A stretch of 64,000 nt of DNA from an uncultured Candidatus Saccharibacteria bacterium (GCA_964633865.1 CAZWIJ010000005.1:6453-70452), one strand, 5' to 3'; shown: positions 38,909-49,976, counted from the stretch's first letter. Made by a program: numbers and translations. Notes: generated by a model not told the origin, from the sequence alone.

Positions 38909-40864
38909 TTGTTTATGTATTATAATATACTTATGTATATATTGCAAGTCTTTCCTCTAAAAAAATTGCCTTTCAAACAGAGTAAACCTCTATCCTATTT
39001 TTATTCTACTAAAATTAATATTGGATGTCTTGTATCTATACCTATTAAAAATAAATTTCAATTAGGTATAGTTGTTGATTGTAAGCTAAATTATGAAATA
39101 AATAATACTAATCAAAATTTCAAAATTAAGTTTATTGAAGAAATTTTCTCCGAAATCCCATTATTAACAGTTAACCAGATAAAGTTAGCTATTTGGATAT
39201 CAAAAAAATATGCTTATTCAACTAGTGATATTCTAAAAAACTTTTTACCTAAAATAAATTCAAAGTTTAAAATATATCCAAAAATTTTAAATCAAGAGTT
39301 TTCTAATACTGTAGAAATAAATTCTAATAAATTTCAAGTAAAAACTTTTTTAGCAGATTATAAAGAAAGATTAATATATTATAAAAAAATCATCACATCT
39401 TCTCAAAATCAAATCATAATTTTTGTACCTGATCAAATAACACTAGATAGATTGACCTTAGATTTAAAAGAGTTCCAACCAACAAGTTTCAGTAATACTC
39501 TTTCTACAAAAAAATATAGAGAAATTTGGATGGGAATAAAATTGAATAAAATAAAATTGATTATCTGCACAAAAAATGGTTTATTCTTACCATTTAATAA
39601 TCCTGAAGCTTTTATTATAGAGAATGAACATTCCGAATCATATTATGAGAATTCGCCTAAACTTACTTATTCTAGCCAAGATATAATTACTAAATTAGCT
39701 TTGATTTATAATACAAACTTAATTTTAACTGGTAATTTTTATTCTATTAATACTTATAATCTATTATCCAAATCAAAAATCAGTATTCCTAAATTTTTTC
39801 ATCCAAATTGGGAAGACAAATCACTAGAAATTATAAGAATGTATAATGAATACAAACTAGGTTTAGATGGAATTATATCCAATCAAATTATTAATAATAT
39901 AAATATTGCATTAGAAAAAAATATTCCTATTATAATTTTTGTCAATAGAAAAGGTGAATCTACTTATATTTTTTGTGAAAAATGTGGATTTCATCTAAAA
40001 GATCCATATTCTAACACACTACTATCTACTCATAATACTGATCTTCTAGATAAAAAACCTAAAAATTATACTGACTCAAAAGTACTAGTTTCTCATAAAT
40101 CTAATCGTTGGTTCAAAATGATTTATAATTGTCCTAAATGTAATAATGAACTTACTTTTAGTGGTATGGGAATAGAAAAAATTCATAAAATTATTCAAGA
40201 AAAATATCCTTTACTAAAGACAGAAATTCTTAATAATGATTTTGCCAATGATCTTGATTCTCAAATACAAATTATTAAAAATTTAACCCAAAACAAGACG
40301 AAAATTATTTTTGCGACACAAATGTTCAAAAAGTTTTTACCAGACTTCAAAATAAAACCAATTATTATAATACCTTCATTTGAAGCATTATTTTCACTTC
40401 CACAATACAATACGATTGAAAAATCTACTCACTTTTTAATTGATTGTTTTATTTATAGTGAAAAAACTGTTATACAAACTTTCCAAGAACTAAAAGAAGA
40501 ACAAAAAACTCCTATTCTGGGGCTCTTAACAAATAAAAATTTTGATGCGATTTGGCAAGATGAAATTGATTTAAGAAAAACACTTGAATATCCTCCTTTT
40601 AGTGAAATGATTTTACTTTCGTCTTCTCATCATATAAGAGAAAAAGCTATAGAACAAGCTTTAAGAACCAAAAATGTACTTAGGAAATTAGGATTAAAAC
40701 CTATTGGACCAATTGAAAATTTTTCTAATATAGGGAAGGGGAAGTTTATTTTATCTTTGATAATAAAAGCTAATTCTAAAAATACAGATAAAATTAAACA
40801 ACAGCTATTGCCTGTATTAGAAATTAATCAATATATCAGTATAAACCCTTTACAGTTTATATAA
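38909..40864 (+). CDS. priA: PriA (primosomal protein N') homolog with lost Walker A and degenerate DExH motif (probable pseudo-helicase)
   Basis: N-terminal 3'-DNA-binding-domain-like segment GIVVDC...IKLAIWISKKYAYSTSDILKNFLP. FLADYKERLIYY stands where PriA has LLAGVTGSGKTEVY. IICTKNGLFLPF stands where PriA has IVIGTRSALFTPF. IIENEH stands where PriA has VIDEEH. The Cys-rich region is reduced to CEKC...CPKC. Confidence 0.6.
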   Translation: MFMYYNILMYILQVFPLKKLPFKQSKPLSYFYSTKINIGCLVSIPIKNKFQLGIVVDCKLNYEINNTNQNFKIKFIEEIFSEIPLLTVNQIKLAIWISKKYAYSTSDILKNFLPKINSKFKIYPKILNQEFSNTVEINSNKFQVKTFLADYKERLIYYKKIITSSQNQIIIFVPDQITLDRLTLDLKEFQPTSFSNTLSTKKYREIWMGIKLNKIKLIICTKNGLFLPFNNPEAFIIENEHSESYYENSPKLTYSSQDIITKLALIYNTNLILTGNFYSINTYNLLSKSKISIPKFFHPNWEDKSLEIIRMYNEYKLGLDGIISNQIINNINIALEKNIPIIIFVNRKGESTYIFCEKCGFHLKDPYSNTLLSTHNTDLLDKKPKNYTDSKVLVSHKSNRWFKMIYNCPKCNNELTFSGMGIEKIHKIIQEKYPLLKTEILNNDFANDLDSQIQIIKNLTQNKTKIIFATQMFKKFLPDFKIKPIIIIPSFEALFSLPQYNTIEKSTHFLIDCFIYSEKTVIQTFQELKEEQKTPILGLLTNKNFDAIWQDEIDLRKTLEYPPFSEMILLSSSHHIREKAIEQALRTKNVLRKLGLKPIGPIENFSNIGKGKFILSLIIKANSKNTDKIKQQLLPVLEINQYISINPLQFI

Positions 40865-40972
40865 ATATTAAATATAATCTATATATTTAACTCTAAACTT
40901 ATAATTTTTTATTTTGATTTAATTCAATTTTTTGATACAATGTATACAATATATATTTAAATAAGTATCATA

Positions 40973-43831
40973 ATGAAATATATCACCATAAAAGGAGCCC
41001 GTGTTCATAATCTGAAGAATATTGATGTAAAGATACCAAGAGACAAACTCGTTGTAATTACTGGACTTTCTGGTTCTGGAAAATCTTCTTTAGCTTTTGA
41101 TACTATTTATGCCGAAGGACAAAGACGATATGTAGAAAGCCTATCTGCTTATGCAAGGCAGTTTCTTGGAATGATGGACAAGCCTGATGTTGATAAAATT
41201 GAAGGATTATCCCCTGCAATTTCTATTGATCAAAAAAGTGTCTCCCGAAATCCTAGATCTACCGTTGGTACCGTTACAGAGATTTATGACTATCTTAGAC
41301 TACTTTATGCTAGAGTTGGAATACCATTTAATCCTGATACTGGAAAACCTATTCAGATGCAAGATGCAAAACAGATTGTGGAAAAAATAATGTCTTATAA
41401 AGATGATAAAGAAAATCAACTTATAATTTTGGCTCCTATCATAAAAGATAAAAAAGGTGAACACAAAGGGATTTTACAAAAAGCAATTCAAGATGGTTTT
41501 ATGAGAGTTAGATTAGATGGAATAATTTATCTTGCTGAGGAAACTTTAGATATCAAAATAGATAAACAAAAGAAACATAATATAGAATTAGTAGTAGATC
41601 GAATATTAGATGAGTCTAGTTTTAATTCCTCTCGTATTCTTGATTCAGTAGAAACTGCCCTACACTTTGGGCAAGGACAAGTTATTCTCGCTCGTATAAA
41701 AGACAGATTAAAAAATATTTTTATAGATGAATTATTTAGTCAAAGATATGTCCTAGATTCTGGTGAGAGTTTTGGGGATTTAGAAACCAGAAATTTTTCT
41801 TTTAATAGTCCTCATGGAGCTTGTAATACTTGTGATGGTCTTGGTTATACTCCCAAAATTTCAGCTGACTTAGTGATTCCCAATCCTAAATTAACTATAA
41901 AAGAAGGTGCTATAAGACCTTGGGTAAGTACAGGAAATAATAAAGCTATGTTTGGATGGTATATGAAGATTCTTGCTGTAATTGCCGAAGAATATAATTT
42001 TTCTTTAACAAAACCTATAAAAGATTTATCTCCTGAAATATTAGACTTAATTTTGTACGGACCTAAAGAAGAGATTAAAGTTTGGATTGAATCTAATGGG
42101 CACAAAATAAATGCTAACTTTGAAGGTGTAATTCCTAATCTGATGAGAAGATATCGAGAGACAGATTCAGATTTTGTGAGAACAGAAATAGAAAAATATA
42201 TGATAAACTCTATTTGCCCTTCTTGTAATGGTAAGAGGCTAAAAAAACAATTCCTATCCGTACAAGTAGCTAGAAAAACTATTGACGAGCTTGTCAATAT
42301 GAGTATCTTAGATTTAAATCTATTTGTAACCAAAGTTGCTAATAACCATGATTTTTTCAATGAAAGAGATCTAACTGTTAGCAAACCTATTTTTAAAGAA
42401 ATTCAAGCGAGATTAGAATTTTTACTGAATGTTGGACTTGATTACCTAACATTAGACAGATCTAGTAATACTCTTTCTGGAGGTGAAGCTCAAAGAATTA
42501 GATTGGCAACTCAGATTGGTTCTGGATTAGTGGGAGTTCTGTATATTCTTGATGAACCTTCAATTGGATTACATCAAAGAGATAATATGAGATTAATAAA
42601 AACTCTAAGACATCTACAAGAACTGGGAAATACTGTAATTGTAGTAGAGCATGACGAAGACACAATCAAAGAAGCTGATTATGTAATAGATTTCGGACCA
42701 GGGGCAGGACATGCAGGAGGGCAAATTGTAGCAGAAGGAATACCATCTGAATTTATGCAAAAAGATGGATTAACTGCAGAATACTTATCTGGGAGAAGAG
42801 AGATATTACCTCCAAAAAAATTAAGAAAAGGTAATGGTAAAAACTTAATTATCAAAGGAATTGCAGAGAATAATTTAAAAAATATAGATATTTCTATTCC
42901 TTTAGGTAAATTTGTATGTGTAACTGGGGTTTCTGGATCTGGAAAAAGTACTTGGGTAGAAGATATTCTACACAAACATATTGCTCATACAATGTACGGA
43001 GCCAAAGAATTGCCTGGCAAGTTCAAATCAATAAAAGGATTAGAACATATTGATAAATTAGTCAATATAGACCAATCTCCTATTGGAAGAACTCCTCGCT
43101 CTAATCCTGCTACATATACTGGATTATTCACAGTTGTAAGAGATATTTTTTCTAAAACCCCTGAAGCTCAACTAAAAGGGTATAAGTCTGGTAGATTTAG
43201 TTTTAATGTTAAAGGTGGTAGATGTGAAACCTGTAAAGGAGATGGTGTTCTAAAAATTGAAATGAACTTTTTACCTGATATTTATGTAGAATGTGAAGAC
43301 TGTCATGGGAAAAGATATAATAAAGAAGCTTTAGAGATAAAGTATAAAGGAAAAAGTATTGCAGATATATTAGATATGGATGTTGAGACAGCCTTGGAGT
43401 TTTTCAAAAATGTTCCATCATTAAAAGACAAGTTAAATACCCTTTTTGATGTTGGATTATCTTATATGAAATTGGGACAATCAGCAACACAATTATCAGG
43501 AGGAGAAGCACAAAGAATAAAATTAGCAACAGAATTATCCAAAAGAGCAACTGGAAAAACTTTATATATTCTAGATGAACCAACTACTGGCCTTCATTTT
43601 GAAGATGTCGCTAAATTATTAAGAGTTATTCATAAATTAGCCGACAAAGGTAATACACTACTTGTAATTGAGCACAATCTTGATGTCATTAAAAGTGCTG
43701 ATTATATAATAGATATGGGACCTGAAGGTGGAAATAAAGGTGGGGAAATAGTTGCAACTGGAACTCCAAAGGAGGTATCCAAAGTAAAAAGTAGTTATAC
43801 TGGACAATTTTTAGCTAAAATGTTGAAGTAA
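40973..43831 (+). CDS. uvrA: Excinuclease ABC subunit A
   Basis: Two ABC modules: [12 protein letters not shown] / [12 protein letters not shown] and [10 protein letters not shown] / [12 protein letters not shown]. Zinc-finger Cys clusters. 952 aa. Confidence 0.95.
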   Translation: MKYITIKGARVHNLKNIDVKIPRDKLVVITGLSGSGKSSLAFDTIYAEGQRRYVESLSAYARQFLGMMDKPDVDKIEGLSPAISIDQKSVSRNPRSTVGTVTEIYDYLRLLYARVGIPFNPDTGKPIQMQDAKQIVEKIMSYKDDKENQLIILAPIIKDKKGEHKGILQKAIQDGFMRVRLDGIIYLAEETLDIKIDKQKKHNIELVVDRILDESSFNSSRILDSVETALHFGQGQVILARIKDRLKNIFIDELFSQRYVLDSGESFGDLETRNFSFNSPHGACNTCDGLGYTPKISADLVIPNPKLTIKEGAIRPWVSTGNNKAMFGWYMKILAVIAEEYNFSLTKPIKDLSPEILDLILYGPKEEIKVWIESNGHKINANFEGVIPNLMRRYRETDSDFVRTEIEKYMINSICPSCNGKRLKKQFLSVQVARKTIDELVNMSILDLNLFVTKVANNHDFFNERDLTVSKPIFKEIQARLEFLLNVGLDYLTLDRSSNTLSGGEAQRIRLATQIGSGLVGVLYILDEPSIGLHQRDNMRLIKTLRHLQELGNTVIVVEHDEDTIKEADYVIDFGPGAGHAGGQIVAEGIPSEFMQKDGLTAEYLSGRREILPPKKLRKGNGKNLIIKGIAENNLKNIDISIPLGKFVCVTGVSGSGKSTWVEDILHKHIAHTMYGAKELPGKFKSIKGLEHIDKLVNIDQSPIGRTPRSNPATYTGLFTVVRDIFSKTPEAQLKGYKSGRFSFNVKGGRCETCKGDGVLKIEMNFLPDIYVECEDCHGKRYNKEALEIKYKGKSIADILDMDVETALEFFKNVPSLKDKLNTLFDVGLSYMKLGQSATQLSGGEAQRIKLATELSKRATGKTLYILDEPTTGLHFEDVAKLLRVIHKLADKGNTLLVIEHNLDVIKSADYIIDMGPEGGNKGGEIVATGTPKEVSKVKSSYTGQFLAKMLK

Positions 43832-45492
43832 TGATTTCTGAAATTGTTAAAAAATTAAAGTATAAGTCTATAATAATATTACTTATATCTACTATCTTAA
43901 TTTTTAACTCCAAAATTGGAATACAAAATTTAAACCCAACAAAAGTTGATTGGTTAATGCAAGGAGGTGATTGGCCACAGCATCAATTGGGTTTTGAATT
44001 TTATAGAAAACAAGCATTTACATTCCCTATTGGGGAAATACAAAACTTTTTATATCCAGTTACTACAAATATGGCTTTTACAGATAGTATTCCCTTATTA
44101 GCTATACCTTTTAAACTAATTAACTCTATTCTACCAGAAAATTTTCAATATTTTGGATTTTGGTTATTTTTTAATATATTTATGCAAGGATATATAGCAT
44201 ATCTAATATTTAGAAAATTAAATTTATCTAAAAAGGGAGCTTTGCTAGGAGGAATATTTTTACAATTAACCCCTGCTTTACTAGCAAGAATTAATCATCC
44301 TGCACTTACTGCTCATTGGTTAATTCTACTGGCAATTTATAATTATCTAAATTTCAAGCAAGACAAAAAATCTATTCTTTATAATATCTTACTAGTAATT
44401 TTAGTTAGTTTAATACATCCTTATCTTGTAGCTATGATACTTCCAATAATTTTAGTTACACTCCTAAAAACAAAGACTTTATTAAATAAACTTATTTTTG
44501 TTATTTTAGCATTAATTATACCCATATTTATTTGGTATATAATAGGTTATTTTGTTACATATTCCGTTGGAGATCCGACTAATTTAGGATTATTTAGTGC
44601 TAATATAAATACTTTCTGGAATCCACAATATGCACTAATGAATGATAATCTATATAATGCTTCCAATTTTTCACAAATACTCAATCAAAAGTATAAATCT
44701 CAATATGAAGGATTTGCTTATCTTGGATTAGGAATTATCACAGCTATAATATTATTATTTAGTAAATTAATATATTTAATACCAAAATATAAATATAATT
44801 TAAACCATATTAAAAATTGGCTTCAAAATAATTTCTTATTAATATTCGTAACTTTTTCAATAACAATTTATGCTATATTAGATTTAGATACAATTAACAA
44901 AATAAGACAATTTGAAAATTTTATAATCATAGAATATTTCCTGAAAGCATCTTCAATGTTAAGAGCAAATGGGAGATTTATCTGGGTATTAATGTATATT
45001 ATAATTATTTTCAGTGTTTATCTTCTACATAGACTGTATAAGAAACAATTCTTATACATAATTTTAGTTCTAATTACAATTCAGATTATAGATCTAAAAC
45101 CTCTTTTAAATCAAAAATTATTTCCAAATAATGAATCTTTTAGCTTAAATTCAGAACAGAATCTGTTTTGGAAGAGTGAGATTGAATCAGCGGAAGCTAT
45201 ATATTTTTATCCTGGAGGAAAAAGATCTTATAAATCAAATGATGATTATATTCCTTTTCTATATTGGGCTAGCAAAAATAATATTCCTATTAATGCTGGG
45301 TATTTATCTAGATATGACCTTGCAAAATCGATTAAATTCAATCTGGAATTGGAACAAAATTTATCTAATGGAATCCTAGAAAAAGATTCGTTATATATTA
45401 CTAATAAAGAAAATTCTAATTTCTTTTATGAAATAGCTAAAAAAACAAATAAGAAAGTGATTATTTATGATGGTTATTATTTTATAAAGTAA
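43831..45492 (+). CDS. Polytopic integral membrane protein (~12 TM), possibly a GT-C-type glycosyltransferase; unknown function
   Basis: 553-aa hydrophobic ORF. Its ATG overlaps the uvrA stop by 1 nt (TAATG). Confidence 0.35.
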   Translation: MISEIVKKLKYKSIIILLISTILIFNSKIGIQNLNPTKVDWLMQGGDWPQHQLGFEFYRKQAFTFPIGEIQNFLYPVTTNMAFTDSIPLLAIPFKLINSILPENFQYFGFWLFFNIFMQGYIAYLIFRKLNLSKKGALLGGIFLQLTPALLARINHPALTAHWLILLAIYNYLNFKQDKKSILYNILLVILVSLIHPYLVAMILPIILVTLLKTKTLLNKLIFVILALIIPIFIWYIIGYFVTYSVGDPTNLGLFSANINTFWNPQYALMNDNLYNASNFSQILNQKYKSQYEGFAYLGLGIITAIILLFSKLIYLIPKYKYNLNHIKNWLQNNFLLIFVTFSITIYAILDLDTINKIRQFENFIIIEYFLKASSMLRANGRFIWVLMYIIIIFSVYLLHRLYKKQFLYIILVLITIQIIDLKPLLNQKLFPNNESFSLNSEQNLFWKSEIESAEAIYFYPGGKRSYKSNDDYIPFLYWASKNNIPINAGYLSRYDLAKSIKFNLELEQNLSNGILEKDSLYITNKENSNFFYEIAKKTNKKVIIYDGYYFIK

Positions 45493-45608
45493 ATATTAAA
45501 ATAAAATTTGACTATTTAAAATTTATATGATAGTATTTAGTTTAATAGTGTAGTTATGTTCATAATTATATCTATCTGCTCTCCAATACAATTTAATCTA
45601 CACTACAG

Positions 45609-45640
45609 ACTTCTATTATTTAAATAGAAGTTTTTTCTTT
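45609..45640 (+). terminator. Rho-independent terminator
   Basis: ACTTCTATT-attta-AATAGAAGT followed by TTTTTTCTTT. Confidence 0.6.
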
Positions 45641-45715
45641 ACTAACTAAAAGCGATAAATCTACTAGACAAATTATACTTTGTTTGCTAAAATAAATAAG
45701 TACATTTCAAGTAAA

Positions 45716-45788
45716 GCCGAAATAGCTCAGTTGGTAGAGCAATCGCTTTGTAAGCGATGGGTCGGGGGTTCAAGTCCTCTTTTCGGCT
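45716..45788 (+). tRNA. tRNA-Thr (anticodon TGT)
   Basis: Acceptor GCCGAAA/TTTCGGC, D-arm GCTC AGTTGGTA GAGC, anticodon stem ATCGC/GCGAT with loop TTTGTAA, T-loop TTCAAGT. Confidence 0.75.
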
Positions 45789-45825
45789 CAATTCACTTTA
45801 TATAATTATAATTTGAATAAATTAA

Positions 45826-45912
45826 GGGTAGATGGCGGAGCAGTCAATCGCATCGGTCTGTAAAACCGACGACATTTTGTCTACGTAGGTGCGAGTCCTA
45901 CTCTACCCACCA
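45826..45912 (+). tRNA. tRNA-Tyr (anticodon GTA), long variable arm, CCA encoded
   Basis: Acceptor GGGTAGA/TCTACCC, anticodon stem TCGGT/ACCGA with loop CTGTAAA, long variable arm GACATTTTGTCTAC, T-loop TGCGAGT, 3' ACCA. Confidence 0.75.
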
Positions 45913-45918
45913 CATAAT

Positions 45919-45958
45919 AAAAAAGAGCATTCTATTTATATGCTCTTTTTTATTTATT
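45919..45958. terminator. Bidirectional hairpin terminator after the tRNA pair
   Basis: AAAAAAGAGCAT-tctatttat-ATGCTCTTTTTTATTT. Confidence 0.6.
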
Positions 45959-45977
45959 AATGTAATAATATTAATAA

Positions 45978-47036
45978 TTAGAGACTTACATTAATTATAT
46001 ATACCAAATAAGCTAAGTATAATCCTATCAAGAATAATCCTGTCTTAGAACCAATTACCCATTTTCTGACTACTAATACAAAAACTATCACTATTATTGT
46101 CGCAAATAATAATATTATACTAGAAATTAAATTTTCTGTTTCAACTAATAATGGCTCGCCTCCATTCATACCAAATGCTATTAACCAAGGAAACCCCAAA
46201 CAGAATAATATATCAAAAATATTTGACCCAACAGCATTACTAACCGCCATATCACCTCTTCCTCTTTTTGCAACTATAATTGATGATAAAAGATCAGGAA
46301 TAGATGTTCCTCCAGCAAGTACAGTAAGAGCAATTATTGTAGAGTTAATATTTAATAAATCACCTATATGAACTGCTGATTCTACTAAAACATAGGATAG
46401 CCCTGCAATTGCTGTAATTGACATTATGAATGTAAACCAATATTGCTTAGGATATTTGACAGGATTTGGAATTATCAAATTTAATATATTAACTGTAATG
46501 TGATTAAACTTATTTTTGTCTTGACTGATCTCTTCTTCTAGAATTTCAATCGGATTATCATCAGTGTATTTAAGCCATTTTTTCCAATAAAAAACTATCA
46601 CAACATAAACCACATAAAGAATAACAAATAAAATTGCCTCTATTATAACTATCTTTCCATCCCAAAAGGATACTAATAATAAAATAATTGATAAAGCATA
46701 AAATATAAGGTCTCGAAGTACAGGTTGCCATGTTAATTTTGATCTTCTGTACATAACTGAAGCTCAAACTATAACCAAAATATTAAATATAGCTGATCCT
46801 ACTATAGTACCTGATCCTATATTTCCTTTATCTCCTGGTAATATTACAGCAAAAAAAGCTGTGAAAAATTCTGGAGCACTAGATCCAACTGCCATAAAAG
46901 TAGCTCCAACAACATCATCTGGTAATTTAAATTTATGTGCTATTCTATCCAATGCCGGTACAAAATAATCTTCGCAGATAATAGCTAAAAGATAGAATGA
47001 CAAAACTAAAATTAGTAAGTAAAATAAAACAAACAT
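45978..47036 (-). pseudogene. Ca2+/Na+ antiporter (CaCA/YrbG family) interrupted by a single in-frame TGA at 46764-46766
   Basis: The 90-aa ORF (46764-47036) carries the alpha-1 repeat GATFMAVGSSAPEF...GSGTIVGSAIFNIL. The 258-aa ORF (45978-46754) carries the alpha-2 repeat GGTSIPDLLSSIIVAKRGRGDMAVSNAVGSNIFDIL. Both are in the same frame and separated only by TGA-GCT-TCA-GTT-ATG. The TGA aligns with a position I remember as Gly (NILLILG|LSA) in homologs. Confidence 0.6.
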
Positions 47037-47155
47037 ATTTATGAATTTAATTTATAAAATATTATAAGTAATTATACTTATAAATTTGTTTTATGTAAAG
47101 CTCTTGTTTTCATTGTATAAAATTAATTACCTTCAAAAAAAGTTAGGTAATAAAG

Positions 47156-47782
47156 CTAATTAAAGTTAAAGTATCTTAAAATTTCCAAAATAGCATATCC
47201 TCCTCCAGAAACTAAAATAGTGAAATATATTATACTTAATAAGTTAAAAAAATGACCTAATAATATAATTAATCCATCTTTTGCCATAATTCCTATACAA
47301 AAGCAAAGAATAGCCAAAGCTGGCAAAGTATTACTAAAAGGAATAAACCCAAAAGGAAACATAAGTAATAAAGTTCCTAAAAGAATTGAAATATAATTGA
47401 TAGTCTCAACAAGTTTATTATTAGTTAAAAATTCTAAGCGGTTAGTTTTAGCAATTTTTTCTAAGCGAATAAACCACTTCAACCCCATATTTAAACCTTT
47501 TTTTATTTGACTTGCAGAGAATTCTTTTTCACTTATTTTAGATGGAAGCCAAAGTTCTTTACTTAGAATTAAACTAATAGTTATAAGAATAATAGCACCG
47601 CCAAAGATAGTACTTAATCCTGGAATTGAAACAGGTATTAAAAATATGATTGTAAGTAAAGCTATTAATAAAAGTGTTCCATCCGCACTTAATTCTTGCT
47701 TGATTTCTAATATACTTATATCATCTTCTGGTAGCTTATCTATTAAATTTTTAAGTTTGCTTGATAGTGAGTTTTTAAGCAT
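47156..47782 (-). CDS. ExoD-like membrane protein (exopolysaccharide-synthesis ExoD family)
   Basis: LLLIALLTIIFLIPVSIPGLSTIFGGAIILITISLILSKELWLP matches the ExoD family pattern (..P.PG.st.fG..l...a.ql..g...lWLP) from memory. Confidence 0.45.
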   Translation of the reverse strand: MLKNSLSSKLKNLIDKLPEDDISILEIKQELSADGTLLLIALLTIIFLIPVSIPGLSTIFGGAIILITISLILSKELWLPSKISEKEFSASQIKKGLNMGLKWFIRLEKIAKTNRLEFLTNNKLVETINYISILLGTLLLMFPFGFIPFSNTLPALAILCFCIGIMAKDGLIILLGHFFNLLSIIYFTILVSGGGYAILEILRYFNFN

Positions 47783-47797
47783 GAATGATATATATTA

Positions 47798-48640
47798 TTA
47801 TTTCTTTTCAATTGAAATTGATTTGTTATTTCTTAATCCTACTGCATTTTTAGAAGAAATAACACTTTTTCCTGTTTGTTTTTCTAAAGTTATTCTTGCT
47901 TGTTTTGCAACATTTCCACCTTCTTGTGCTACTTTTTTATTTGCATTAAGTCCTTTTGGCTTCTGTGATTTAGAAATTTCAGAAGTTGAAGCCTCTGCTA
48001 ACATATTCAAAACCAACTCAAGATTAGTCATATTATCTCTCAAATTTTGTTTTTTGAGACCTTTAAAAGTCTTATATTGTTTTACTGATTTATCTGCCCA
48101 AGCTTTTGTAATTTCATCTGTCAAAATTGCATATTCTAAACCTTCTTGCACTCCCCTTTCATTCCATTCATCCGTAAGCTCTTTTCTAACTTCAATACTT
48201 TTAAGCCTTTGATTTATCCAATCTTTGGAATACCCTTTTTTTAAATATGTTACCATCGCCCTTTCAAAAGCAAGTTCTGGATCTTCTGTTTCTTCAATTC
48301 TTTCATATCCAACTTTTGCAAGCCAAATTTTAAATGGCTCAGCTTTAGGAGATGGAACTGATTGGATAAGCCTCAAAATATTTTCAGTATCTAAAACATC
48401 AGTTGTATAAAATTTACCATCAGAGGATTTCATTTTCAGTTGTCCTACATTTTGGGACAACTGACTTCCTTCTTTTATTAACTTTGTTTTCAGAGCATTC
48501 CAATACTTTCTTGAGCGGGGGCTATCAGTGAGAATTGCAATAATATCTACAACCGAAAAATACCAAATTTCTTTTTCCTCGTCCCAATGACGACGAACTT
48601 CATTTTGGTTAAAAATAATTATTGATTCTTTTTTATTCAT
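47798..48640 (-). CDS. Bro-N domain protein, DinD (DNA-damage-inducible protein D)-like
   Basis: The N-terminus FNQNEVRRHWDEEKEIWYFSVVDIIAIL is a Bro-N-type fold. The C-terminus KGLKKQNLRDNMTNLELVLNMLAEASTSEISK...SIEKK parallels E. coli DinD (KGLKKNQKILDHMGSTELAANLFRATQTEEKL...ITEKK) as I recall it. Confidence 0.6.
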   Translation of the reverse strand: MNKKESIIIFNQNEVRRHWDEEKEIWYFSVVDIIAILTDSPRSRKYWNALKTKLIKEGSQLSQNVGQLKMKSSDGKFYTTDVLDTENILRLIQSVPSPKAEPFKIWLAKVGYERIEETEDPELAFERAMVTYLKKGYSKDWINQRLKSIEVRKELTDEWNERGVQEGLEYAILTDEITKAWADKSVKQYKTFKGLKKQNLRDNMTNLELVLNMLAEASTSEISKSQKPKGLNANKKVAQEGGNVAKQARITLEKQTGKSVISSKNAVGLRNNKSISIEKK

Positions 48641-48735
48641 AAATTTTCTGAAGACATTTAATCTAGCTTTTTATAACCTAGCTAAATTCTATCATCTAAA
48701 CAACTTTTTCGCAAACCTACTTAATACAAAAAATT

Positions 48736-49020
48736 CTACACTCCCAATAATGCTCTTAGCTCGTTAGATATTTCCCATTTTGGCTCAAATGTAACTTCTA
48801 TATTGACTTTTTCTGGGTTTAGAATACTTATTTCTTTAATTATCTCGTCTTTGATTCTTCCACCATATGGACATAAAGGTGTGGTATATGTCATCAGGAT
48901 ATCTACTATATTATCTGTAATTTTGATATCATAAATCAACCCGATTGTATAAATATCTATCCCTATTTCTGGGTCTAGTACCCTTTCACAAGCTTGTATT
49001 ATGTCTTCTTTTGTTATCAT
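48736..49020 (-). CDS. DUF59 / MIP18-family (SufT-like) Fe-S assembly protein
   Basis: VLDPEIGIDIYTIGLIYDIKI...MTYTTPLCPYGGRI matches the DUF59 pattern with the conserved Cys-Pro. Confidence 0.7.
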   Translation of the reverse strand: MITKEDIIQACERVLDPEIGIDIYTIGLIYDIKITDNIVDILMTYTTPLCPYGGRIKDEIIKEISILNPEKVNIEVTFEPKWEISNELRALLGV

Positions 49021-49040
49021 GGTTGTGGTATTAATAAATT

Positions 49041-49976
49041 TTATAATTGACGAGGTCTTGTTTTTTCTTCTTCATTTGAAATTAAAAATTGAGCTAAAAA
49101 ATCAAGTAGTAAAAAGGCTCTAATCATATTTGCATTAGTTAAACCTTTCATATCCTCACCATGCATTATTTTATGTCTGCTAAAATTATAACTTCCCTTT
49201 TTAGGTTTATTCCCTATATAGGTTGTTTGAAACAAAATTGAACTAACAATATTTAAAGCTATATTTGCTTGTATTTCATTTGAATTTTCAAGTAAATTAA
49301 ATACTTCCTTATGAATTTCAGATTGATTTTTATTTTTATATTTTTTATTTTTATCTTTTTTTGTAATAGTTATATCGTTATCTTTAGCAATATCTAAAAG
49401 TATACCATCAATTTGACTTATAATAACAGGCAAAACTAATCTTGGACTTGGTTTTTTTGTACTTCTAACATACATTACAACATCTTTAATTGATAATATT
49501 CTTTTCTCTAAAAATTTATTACCTTCCCATTTTTTATAAAAGTCTAGAATTTTCCAATCATCTGTTTGATAAAATTTATAAAACTCATTTTCAATAGTAC
49601 TTCTTTTGGGATTTTTTAAATAAGTAAAATAAATATGGTTTATTATTTCTATAGGTGTATCTGTACTTACAAAGTAGTGGTATTTACTAAATATTTTTAA
49701 AATATCTTCATCAAAAAACTTCTTCCATTCATTAATTCTTTTATAAGCATCTTGAAATAAAGATGAAACATGAGCAAAACTTATAGCAATATTATTTATT
49801 TGATTATTATAATTTGTAAAAATTTTTTGAATATCCTTAGAAAGAGTTGTAATCGGACTTGTAATTGATCTTAATTCAATCGTAAATTTTGAGAAAGGTT
49901 CTGTCGCTTTATTAACTACATCAGTAATATCTGTAGATTGTTGAGCTATTTTTTCTAATACTTCTTTATCTATCAT
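49041..49976 (-). CDS. Hypothetical protein with C-terminal Rx4H (HEPN-like) motif; possible Abi/toxin-type RNase
   Basis: 311 aa. The only recognisable feature is NFSRHKIMHGE at residues ~264-274. A strong GGAGG Shine-Dalgarno lies 10 nt upstream. The start is overlapped by a 49-codon upstream ORF. Confidence 0.3.
   Translation of the reverse strand: MIDKEVLEKIAQQSTDITDVVNKATEPFSKFTIELRSITSPITTLSKDIQKIFTNYNNQINNIAISFAHVSSLFQDAYKRINEWKKFFDEDILKIFSKYHYFVSTDTPIEIINHIYFTYLKNPKRSTIENEFYKFYQTDDWKILDFYKKWEGNKFLEKRILSIKDVVMYVRSTKKPSPRLVLPVIISQIDGILLDIAKDNDITITKKDKNKKYKNKNQSEIHKEVFNLLENSNEIQANIALNIVSSILFQTTYIGNKPKKGSYNFSRHKIMHGEDMKGLTNANMIRAFLLLDFLAQFLISNEEEKTRPRQL

Noticed and set aside
46764-46766. 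Alternative genetic code (UGA=Gly code 25 or UGA=Trp code 4) suggested by the in-frame TGA in the antiporter gene
   Set aside because: All other long conserved genes (ileS 957 aa, uvrA 952 aa, pheT 764 aa, and others) translate end-to-end with the standard code, and stops are overwhelmingly TAA. A global reassignment would fragment them. Treated as a local lesion or recoding instead. Selenocysteine was also considered and dismissed, because a transporter TM loop is not a selenoprotein context and no SECIS-like hairpin is obvious.
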